This document shows positions 24,040-31,843 of a stretch of DNA of 33,789 bases, one piece after another. The number at the start of each line of letters is the position of its first letter. Positions within the stretch are counted from its first letter, which is position 1. Both the position numbers and the translations under genes were made by a program. The notes below the pieces were generated by a model that saw only the letters and a program-made list of their open reading frames with translations, made no database searches and was not told the DNA's origin. The stretch comes from a virus (taxonomy: Duplodnaviria > Caudoviricetes): positions 1 to 33,789 of the IMG/VR virus record IMGVR_UViG_3300034341_000032. One strand, 5' to 3'.

Positions 24040-24252
24040 ATGTGTTTAGGTGGTGGCGGTAGCAAGCCCAAAGAAGACCCTGTTGTAAAACAAGAGCAAG
24101 AGTCTCAAAAAGCAGAAGAAACTCAGCAGAAAAAAGTTCGCAAGCAAGAAGCTTTATCTGATACTTTAACAACAATGCGTGGTGGTCGAGGTCGGCGTTC
24201 ACTAATTAAAAGTGGCAGCGGTGGCATGGGCTTTTATAACGAGTATCTATAA
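24040..24252 (+). CDS. Small virion protein preceding portal (T7 gp7.3-like position)
   Basis: AAGGAG RBS; MCLGGGG..GRRSLI; coupled to the portal gene. Confidence 0.7.
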   Translation: MCLGGGGSKPKEDPVVKQEQESQKAEETQQKKVRKQEALSDTLTTMRGGRGRRSLIKSGSGGMGFYNEYL

Positions 24253-25829
24253 TGATAGTTAGCAATGATTCGCAGAATGGCGTGTATGAAGGCGAAAAAA
24301 CTGCCCTCAAATATTTAAAGAAATATGAAAACGCCAAATCGCAACGCGAAAACTTTTTGCCGTTGTTTGAGGAATGCTATGAATATGCATTACCTCAACG
24401 CGAATCATTTTATGCAGAGTCAGTAGGGCAAAGAAGAGATGATAAAATCTTTGATGAAACGGCAGTTGTTGGCGTTCAAGAATTTGCTTCGCGCTTGCAG
24501 TCAGGCTTGGTTCCTAATTTTGCTAGATGGGCGGATTTTACTGCGGGGTCTGAAGTTCCGGTTGAAGAAAAAGATGAAGTTAATAATCAGCTTGATGAAG
24601 TCACGGATTATGTCTTTGAGGTTATACAAAATTCAAACTTTGGTCAGGAAGTTCACGAATCGTTTATGGACTTGGCGGTAGGCACAGGTGTCCTGTGCGC
24701 TATGGAAGGCGATGCAGTTAATCCTGTAATGTTTTCTGCAATACCATTGCCGCATGTAGTTCTTGATACTGGCCCTGACGATCAGGTGGATCATGTTTAT
24801 CGTGAGCGTTCTGTGCGTAACTCAGACATTCCTGTAATGTATCCAAAGGCAAGCCTTTCAGATAAAATATTACAAAGAATTAAAAATAATCCAGATGAAC
24901 GTACTAAGATATTAGAAGTTGTTTGTCGTGATTACTCAGTAGTAAATCAAAAAGCATTCTTCTTTTATGCAATAGAAACAAACACTAAGCAGATAATTAA
25001 AGAAGAAAAATACACTGGCATTGGTTCTAATCCGTTTATTTGTTTCCGATGGTCTAAAGTATCTGGTGAAATTTATGGGCGTGGCCCATTGATGAATGCC
25101 TTAAGTGCAATTAAAACTACCAACTTGACTATTGAGTTAATCCTTGAGAATGCACAAATGGCAATCTCAGGCATTTACCAGATGGATGATGACGGTGTTA
25201 TTAACCCAGATACTATTAATCTTGTTCCCGGAACGGTCATACCAAAAGCCGCTGGCTCCATGGGTTTGCAGCCTGTTCAAGCTGCTGGGTCTTTTGATGT
25301 TGCTAACCTTGTTCTTAGTGATATGCGTTTGAATATTAAACGTGCATTATATAATGATATGCTTGGCAATCCTGATAAAACACCAGCGTCTGCAACAGAA
25401 ATAGCAGAACGTATGGCTGATTTATCTAGGCGTATTGGCTCTGCATTTGGAAGATTGCAAGCAGAACTCGTGCAGCCTGTGCTGCAACGTGTTGTTTATA
25501 TTCTAAAAAAACAAGGACGCATTGAACTGCCTACAATGAACGGTAGAGAAGTAAAGGTTCGTTCTGTTTCACCTCTTGCACAGGCGCAAGCTAATCAAGA
25601 TATTTCCTCCGTAGCTAGATTTCTTGAACTTGTGCAAGGCAGATTTGGCCCAGAGCTTACAAACATTTTAATTAACTCAGAAGAAACTGCGGCATATCTA
25701 GCCAAGAAGTTTGGTGTGCCTGACACTCTTATTCGTGATCTTGAAGAGCGTCAGCGTATAGTTCAGAAGGCGCAGCAAATGGCACAGCAACAACAAATGC
25801 AAGGAGGCCCGCCAATTGATCAAGGATAG
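24252..25829 (+). CDS. Portal (head-tail connector, T7 gp8-like)
   Basis: 525 aa; IFDETA..ASRLQSGL.P..DLAVGTG..RWSK..GEIYGRGP..SATEI.ER..GRLQAE..SPLAQAQ. Confidence 0.92.
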   Translation: MIVSNDSQNGVYEGEKTALKYLKKYENAKSQRENFLPLFEECYEYALPQRESFYAESVGQRRDDKIFDETAVVGVQEFASRLQSGLVPNFARWADFTAGSEVPVEEKDEVNNQLDEVTDYVFEVIQNSNFGQEVHESFMDLAVGTGVLCAMEGDAVNPVMFSAIPLPHVVLDTGPDDQVDHVYRERSVRNSDIPVMYPKASLSDKILQRIKNNPDERTKILEVVCRDYSVVNQKAFFFYAIETNTKQIIKEEKYTGIGSNPFICFRWSKVSGEIYGRGPLMNALSAIKTTNLTIELILENAQMAISGIYQMDDDGVINPDTINLVPGTVIPKAAGSMGLQPVQAAGSFDVANLVLSDMRLNIKRALYNDMLGNPDKTPASATEIAERMADLSRRIGSAFGRLQAELVQPVLQRVVYILKKQGRIELPTMNGREVKVRSVSPLAQAQANQDISSVARFLELVQGRFGPELTNILINSEETAAYLAKKFGVPDTLIRDLEERQRIVQKAQQMAQQQQMQGGPPIDQG

Positions 25830-26085
25830 GGAGTTTCTAGCCCTTGATGGATTTCGCCGTGATAAGAGTGAAGACACAAAGATAAACTTAAACATAGCTA
25901 CACTATTCAATACAGATGCAGGGCGATCTGTATTAAAGTATTTACGTTCCATAACAATTGAACAGGTTAATGGTGCTGGCGTTTCTGACGCTGAACTGCG
26001 CCATATGGAAGGACAGCGATATATCGTTGGCCTCATTGAAACTCGTATGCAACATGCACACAAAAACAAAGAGGTTAAGACATGA
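25816..26085 (+). CDS. Bbp19-like small protein
   Basis: LFNTDAGRSVLKYL...EGQRYIV..I pattern; sits between portal and scaffold. Confidence 0.7.
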   Translation: MIKDREFLALDGFRRDKSEDTKINLNIATLFNTDAGRSVLKYLRSITIEQVNGAGVSDAELRHMEGQRYIVGLIETRMQHAHKNKEVKT

Positions 26086-26807
26086 ACGAAGAAGCACAGG
26101 TAGAAGATTCCGGCGTAGTCACTGAAGGTGGCGATCCATTGCTGCAAACAGATGAGCAGGCTCGTCCAGATTGGTTGCCGGAAAAATTTAAAACAGCAGA
26201 GGATTTGGTAAACTCATATACAAGCCTTGAAGGGAAGCTTGGTCAAAAAGACGAAGACATCCGCAATGCTGTTATTGAAGAGCTTAGTAATGAAGCATTT
26301 GCTAATCGTCCAGAAACTGCTGGTGACTATCAGTTGCCGGAAACAATTGACGATGAAATGGCTACTGATAATGAACTTCTTAAATGGTGGTCTAATACTG
26401 CATTTGAAAATGGATATAGCCAAGAGCAGTTTGAGGAAGGCATCAATATGTATGCTGAGGCTCTTAACGCTAATGTTCCTGATTATGATGCAGAGGTTTC
26501 TAAGCTTGGTGACAATGCCGAAGCTAGGCAAGAAGCCGCAAGCTTATTTGCTAATCAGTTTTTTGAAGAGCAGCATCTTTCAGCTATTGAACGCATGTGT
26601 GAAACCGCTGATGGTATTGAAGCACTAGAGTTTATGATGCAATCAATGCAGCAAGGTGGGCCATCTATTGACGGTCAAGCTGTAGCTACTGTTACTCAAG
26701 ATCAATTAAATCAAATGATGTTAGACCCTCGGTATCACGACCCAGTTAAACGAGATCAAACATTCATTGCTGAAGTAGATGCTGGCTTCAAGCGTTTATA
26801 TGGATAA
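26082..26807 (+). CDS. Capsid scaffolding protein
   Basis: Very acidic; RPDWLPEKF..L..SY..LE.KLG and M.DPRY..D..F...V...F motifs as in T7 gp9. Confidence 0.85.
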   Translation: MNEEAQVEDSGVVTEGGDPLLQTDEQARPDWLPEKFKTAEDLVNSYTSLEGKLGQKDEDIRNAVIEELSNEAFANRPETAGDYQLPETIDDEMATDNELLKWWSNTAFENGYSQEQFEEGINMYAEALNANVPDYDAEVSKLGDNAEARQEAASLFANQFFEEQHLSAIERMCETADGIEALEFMMQSMQQGGPSIDGQAVATVTQDQLNQMMLDPRYHDPVKRDQTFIAEVDAGFKRLYG

Positions 26808-27318
26808 GGAAGTTGGACGCATTGGGCGGTTGTCATTAGTAGAAGCTAGCTTAAATCACGCTAGAATGATCGCTGACAGCCTTAGAATGCATGACGCTAG
26901 AGAATGCCTCATATATGGCTTAACGCCGTTAGAAGCTCTTATAGAGCCGTTTACGGTAAAAGACAGCAGAACCTATGCTATAAAATTTAACGAAACTGTT
27001 ATAGCTATGTGCGGAACTGTGCCTGTTTCAGAGGGTGTTGGCAGAGTTTGGATGCTCGGTACTGGGGGTGTTAATGAAAACTATCGCATTTTTTTGCGTG
27101 GCTGCAAACCAGCAATAGATATATTGCAGGGAGAATATGAGGTTGTAGAAAACTTTGTTCCACAAGATCATGTTGACACAATTATGTGGCTAACATGGTG
27201 TGGTTTTATATTTGATGAAGAGGTCTATAATATTCACGGTCACAACATGATGCGTTTTGTGCGTTGCAGAGAAAGAAAAAATAATGTTTATTACCTAGAA
27301 CGGCCTGTAATGCATTGA
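26800..27318 (+). CDS. GNAT-fold DUF2833 / T7 gp13-like protein
   Basis: LR..D.REC..G..P..AL..AMCG..GRVWMLGT..ENFV....I.WL.WCGF; start ATG 26800. Confidence 0.7.
   Translation: MDKEVGRIGRLSLVEASLNHARMIADSLRMHDARECLIYGLTPLEALIEPFTVKDSRTYAIKFNETVIAMCGTVPVSEGVGRVWMLGTGGVNENYRIFLRGCKPAIDILQGEYEVVENFVPQDHVDTIMWLTWCGFIFDEEVYNIHGHNMMRFVRCRERKNNVYYLERPVMH
27257..27295 (+). promoter_or_regulatory. Putative late promoter for major capsid gene
   Basis: Exact TTGTGCGTTG at 27257-27266, ~150 nt before the capsid start. Confidence 0.55.
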
Positions 27319-27406
27319 GCGACCCATACGGACAATCGCATTGAAAGTGAAAAACAGACAACCGCAGTAAGTATATCAACCTTAATCCTATGAAGAGGAC
27401 TGTAAA

Positions 27407-28219
27407 ATGGCGAATACAATTGACACCGCCTTTATTAAACAGTTTGAATCAGAGGTTCACATGGCTTATCAGCGCATGGGTTCTAAACTGCGGAACACTG
27501 TGCGTACTGTATCAAGCGTCCGTGGGAACACTGTTCGATTCCAAAAAATCGGAACAGGCTCTGCTTCAACTAAATCACGAAACGGTATGGTAACTCCAAT
27601 GGAGTTGGCACACACTAACGTAGAAGCAACAATGTCTGATTTCTATGCTGCCGAGTATATCGACAAGCTAGATGAATTGAAGACAAACATTGATGAGCGT
27701 CAAGCTGTAGCAAAATCTGCTGCTGCTGCTCTTGGTCGCAAGACTGATGAGATTCTTATCACTGCTATGGATGCTGGTGCAAACTCAACTCAAATTAGCG
27801 CAACTGGTGCTGCTCTTACAAAAGCAAACCTGTTAACCCTTTTTGAAACATTTGGTTCAGCTAACATCCCAGAAGATGGCGGGCGTTATCTTGCGATGCA
27901 CCCTGCTGGTTATGCTGACTTGTTCAACATTACTGAGTTTGCTTCAAGTGACTTTGTTGGTGAGCAAAACCTACCATTTGCTGGCGGCATGACAATGAAA
28001 GAGTTTCTTGGTTTCAAGATTTTCTCTACATCAGCCGTTACTGCCGGTAAGAATATGGCGTATCACACATCATCTATAGGACTTGGTATTGGTGCAGATG
28101 TTACAACTGAACTAAACTATGTCCCAGAACGTGTGTCACACCTTGCAACCTCAATGATGTCCATGGGTTCTATTGTTATTGATGACAATGGTATCTATGA
28201 AGTCCTTGACAACAACTAG
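27407..28219 (+). CDS. Major capsid protein
   Basis: AFIKQFESEV..AYQ..GSKLR..EYIDKLDELK..AAALGRKTDE.I..FLGF; GAGGA RBS; follows the scaffold. Confidence 0.9.
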   Translation: MANTIDTAFIKQFESEVHMAYQRMGSKLRNTVRTVSSVRGNTVRFQKIGTGSASTKSRNGMVTPMELAHTNVEATMSDFYAAEYIDKLDELKTNIDERQAVAKSAAAALGRKTDEILITAMDAGANSTQISATGAALTKANLLTLFETFGSANIPEDGGRYLAMHPAGYADLFNITEFASSDFVGEQNLPFAGGMTMKEFLGFKIFSTSAVTAGKNMAYHTSSIGLGIGADVTTELNYVPERVSHLATSMMSMGSIVIDDNGIYEVLDNN

Positions 28220-28230
28220 GAGGATTAGAC

Positions 28231-28494
28231 ATGGCATACGCAGCATCTGGTCTTAATCGTCTTGCAGGGGCGTCTAATGGCAACCTGTGGTTTTATACTA
28301 CCGCAGACGCTATTGCTACTGTGAACACAGCAGGTTACTTTAATAACGCAGCAAACATGCTTAATGTTCGCGATGTTATTATTGTAGCTGACACAAACAC
28401 ACCAACAACAAGTTTTGTTAGTGTGCTTTCTAATACTGGTTCTGTTGTAGATGTATCTAATGGTACAGCTATAGCTGAAACAGACTCAGACTAA
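28231..28494 (+). CDS. Putative capsid decoration protein
   Basis: AGGAGG RBS; W.Y.T.D....V..AGYFN....L...DVI; directly after the capsid gene. Confidence 0.6.
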   Translation: MAYAASGLNRLAGASNGNLWFYTTADAIATVNTAGYFNNAANMLNVRDVIIVADTNTPTTSFVSVLSNTGSVVDVSNGTAIAETDSD

Positions 28495-28541
28495 AGGAGT
28501 AGGGGAGGTTAAGTTCACCCACTTACCTCCCCTAACCACAC
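28494..28541 (+). promoter_or_regulatory. Stem-loop between SD and start codon (split RBS / mRNA step-down hairpin)
   Basis: AAGGAG 28494-28499, perfect 10-bp stem 28500-28509/28525-28534, then 7 nt and ATG 28542. Confidence 0.6.
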
Positions 28542-29135
28542 ATGGCACTTATAAGCACAACGGCTAATTCGCCAATTGATATTTGCAGTCGGGCATTAAT
28601 TCTAATTGGTGCCGACCCAATTACTTCATTTGATGATGGAAATACAGAAGCTTTGGTTGCTGTTAATATGTATGAAGATGTTGCTAGGGCATCTTTAGTA
28701 AACTCTCGTTGGAGATTTGCTACAAACCAAGCTGTTTTAAATTTATTAACTGCTGCTCCTACTGGCAGATATGATCGCGCCTATCAACTTCCAAGTGATA
28801 CCCTTATGCTTCACGCTGTTACAGTGAGCGATCTACCTATTGATTATCAAATTTATGGAAACAAAGTTTTTTCAGATACTGATCCGTCAGATATTGTAGT
28901 TGCTGATTATACTTTTAGAGCAGAGGAGCAAGACTGGCCCTCTTATTTTACAATTGCTGTTGAGTATTCTTTGGCAGTTGTATTCGCCACATCAATTGCG
29001 AGAGACTCTACACTTGCAGCACTAATGCAAAGCCAAGGCCAAAACGCTATGGCAAAAGCAAGAAGCCTAGACTCACAGCAGCAGACTTCAAGAAAGCTTA
29101 CAACATCTAGGTTTATTGCCGAAAGGCGCAGTTAA
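28542..29135 (+). CDS. Tail tubular protein A (adaptor, T7 gp11-like)
   Basis: IDICSRALILIGA.PI.SF..W.FA..YQLPSD; position after the capsid genes. Confidence 0.88.
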   Translation: MALISTTANSPIDICSRALILIGADPITSFDDGNTEALVAVNMYEDVARASLVNSRWRFATNQAVLNLLTAAPTGRYDRAYQLPSDTLMLHAVTVSDLPIDYQIYGNKVFSDTDPSDIVVADYTFRAEEQDWPSYFTIAVEYSLAVVFATSIARDSTLAALMQSQGQNAMAKARSLDSQQQTSRKLTTSRFIAERRS

Positions 29136-31399
29136 TGGCTAGAGTCAGGGTTCCTATTACCAACTTCCAGTATGGTGAAGTTAGCCCATCTCTTGTGTCC
29201 AGAACAGATACAAAAGTTTATTCAAACTCTGCAAAATCTGTTGAAAACTTTTTTCTTAGAAACGAAGGCGGTTTGCTAAAACGCTTTGGTACTAAGCGTA
29301 TTTATGAGTTTGACACAACACTAGACACAAATAAATTTCAGCAACACAGGATTGTCCCTTTTATTTTTTCTGATGATGAGCGTTATGTAATTTCACTTGA
29401 GCATCAAAAAATTAGATGTTTCCAAATTAATCCTACTACTGGTGCCATTTCTTTAGTAGCTACTGTAACACAAGATGTTGATAGTGCCGCCCTGCCTATT
29501 ACTCACGATATCTTGCATGAGATTACATTTGCTCAATCAGGCGATGTAATGTTTCTCGCTCATAATACGTTTATGATTCGCAAGTTAGTGCGTACTAGCT
29601 TAACAGCTTTTCAAGTTGAGACTTATCAATTTGCTGAAAGCGCAGATGGGTACAGAGTTAATCAACCTTACTACCCTTTCCAAGATTTAACAGTAACCCT
29701 TAACCCCTCAGCCTCAACAGGAAATGGAATCACATTAACCACTAGCGCAAGCTATTTTGACACAACAGGAACGCAATCAGGTGGTAATTACGCCAGTTCT
29801 AAGCATATTGGCATTGTTTTGCGTTATCACGATAACGAAGTTTTGATTACTTCTGTTCAATCAGCAACACAAGCAACAGGAAATATTACTAATGAGTTGC
29901 TTGTTCATCTTGATGTCGATGCTCTTGAAACTACGGAAGGTATAGCTGATGTTGAGATGACCTTTCCTTTGCATGGATTATCTACAGGTGACTCAATTGT
30001 AATTTCAGAAGCTGGTGCTGTAGGCGGGATTGCTAGAAATCAAATTAATGGGACTAGATCAGTACAGGAAATTATTGATGAAAATGTAATTGTGTTTACA
30101 GCAGGGGCAAACGCGTCTAGCTCTACTGTAGGTGGCGGCTCACCAAAGGTAGTGACACATGCGCCAACAACACAATGGAGCGAACAGTCTTACTCTGCAT
30201 TACGCGGCTTTCCAGCAGCGGTAGCATTCCACGAAAATAGATTATGGTTTGGTGGCACTATCTCACAACCTGACGGATTGTGGGGCAGTAAAAGTTCTGA
30301 GTATTTTAACTTCGATGTAGGTGACGCTGAAGATAATGACGCTCTTGATTTAACTGCTAGTATTGGTGAGATTAACTCAATACGTCATATTGTATCTAAC
30401 CGTGATCTACAGGTGTTTACATCAACATCAGAGTTTTATATTCCATCATTTGTTGAAAAACCTATTACAGCAACTAATGCTCGTATTAAAAGGCAGACAC
30501 CATTTGGCGCAAGTTATGTAAAGCCATTTTCGTTTGATGGCGCAACTATGTATGTACAGAAACATGGCTCTGTTGTGCGTGAGTTTGTTTATTCAGATGC
30601 AGAAGGTGCGTATGTTGCTAATGGCATTAGTCAGCTTTCATCGCATTTAATTAACAACCCAATTCAAATGTCTGTGCTTAATGGCGCAATCAATCGTCCA
30701 GAATCATATGCTTTCTTTGTAAATCAAGATGGTGAGATTGCATTGCTTACATCTAACAGGGCTGAAGAACGTGCTGGCTGGGCTAAGTTTACCACCAAAG
30801 GCAAGTTCCATTCTATTTGCACTGTTGATGATCGCGTATTTCTTGTAGGCCTGTATGATACTGGCGCAGGCACACAAAAATATATTCTCACAGAATTTGA
30901 TTCTAATTTAAATTTAGATTTTTCTGATACGTTTACTGGTGTTGCTGGTGTGTTTAATGTATCTGCTCATTTCCAAAATGGTGCTGTAGTTGATGTAGTT
31001 GATGATACAGATTACATAGGCCAGTTTACTGTAGCTGGTGGGAATGTTGATGTGTCTGCTGTATCAGAAATAACAAGTGCAGAAATTGGTTATTCATTTA
31101 CTGTAAGCGCAGAAACATTACCTATTGATGCCAATGTTCAAGGTGGCCCATTAACTGGAAATCCTCGCTCTGTTAACAGGGTAATACTTGATGTGCTAGA
31201 TACTTTATCTCTTACGGTAAATGGTAAACAACTTGTGATTCGGCGTGTTGGTGACGATTTAAGTTTGGATCGTGTAGCAATCCAAGGCAAACAAGAGTTT
31301 CGTTTGCTTGGTTACAGCAAAGACCCAACAATTAAAATAACTCAAAGCGCACCGTTGTCATTACAAATCAATGGGATTATTGCAGAGGTGTCATTCTAA
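29135..31399 (+). CDS. Tail tubular protein B (nozzle, T7 gp12 / P22 gp10-like)
   Basis: TNFQYGEVSP.L..R.D..Y..GGL.KR.GT; AQSGDVMF; GFP..V.FHENRLWFGG; 754 aa. Confidence 0.9.
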   Translation: MARVRVPITNFQYGEVSPSLVSRTDTKVYSNSAKSVENFFLRNEGGLLKRFGTKRIYEFDTTLDTNKFQQHRIVPFIFSDDERYVISLEHQKIRCFQINPTTGAISLVATVTQDVDSAALPITHDILHEITFAQSGDVMFLAHNTFMIRKLVRTSLTAFQVETYQFAESADGYRVNQPYYPFQDLTVTLNPSASTGNGITLTTSASYFDTTGTQSGGNYASSKHIGIVLRYHDNEVLITSVQSATQATGNITNELLVHLDVDALETTEGIADVEMTFPLHGLSTGDSIVISEAGAVGGIARNQINGTRSVQEIIDENVIVFTAGANASSSTVGGGSPKVVTHAPTTQWSEQSYSALRGFPAAVAFHENRLWFGGTISQPDGLWGSKSSEYFNFDVGDAEDNDALDLTASIGEINSIRHIVSNRDLQVFTSTSEFYIPSFVEKPITATNARIKRQTPFGASYVKPFSFDGATMYVQKHGSVVREFVYSDAEGAYVANGISQLSSHLINNPIQMSVLNGAINRPESYAFFVNQDGEIALLTSNRAEERAGWAKFTTKGKFHSICTVDDRVFLVGLYDTGAGTQKYILTEFDSNLNLDFSDTFTGVAGVFNVSAHFQNGAVVDVVDDTDYIGQFTVAGGNVDVSAVSEITSAEIGYSFTVSAETLPIDANVQGGPLTGNPRSVNRVILDVLDTLSLTVNGKQLVIRRVGDDLSLDRVAIQGKQEFRLLGYSKDPTIKITQSAPLSLQINGIIAEVSF

Positions 31400-31836
31400 T
31401 GTTTCAATTACTAGGTACAGCATTTAGCGCATTTGCTTCTATTCAAGCTGGTCAAGCTCAAAGAAGGGCTGAAGAAGCGCAAGCTTTACAGTATGAGCAA
31501 GAAAAACGTCAGAATGAGATTGAGACTTTGCAGCGTCACAATGACCGTCTTGCATCTTATGATTCAGCTAGAGCAGCTAACCTTGCTTGGTTTACTTTTG
31601 CTGGCAGAGATATAACCAGTGATCGCTCTGTTAAAGCTTTCTTAGATAAGCAGCGTGAAGTTGCGTTTACTGATGTGTCTCGTTCTGACAAGCAGGGTTA
31701 TGCTGAAGGATCACAACTTGCTATGCAGGCACAAGTAGCAAGGCAGCGCGGTCGTGCCGCTTCTACTGCTGGTATGATTAAAGGGTTTTCAACTATCGCA
31801 AGCGGTTTGCACAACTACAATTTGACGAAAGTGTAG
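31399..31836 (+). CDS. Internal virion protein (T7 gp14-like position)
   Basis: Ala/Gln-rich, 145 aa, after the nozzle, TAATG-coupled. Confidence 0.65.
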   Translation: MFQLLGTAFSAFASIQAGQAQRRAEEAQALQYEQEKRQNEIETLQRHNDRLASYDSARAANLAWFTFAGRDITSDRSVKAFLDKQREVAFTDVSRSDKQGYAEGSQLAMQAQVARQRGRAASTAGMIKGFSTIASGLHNYNLTKV

Positions 31837-31843
31837 ATGTGAT

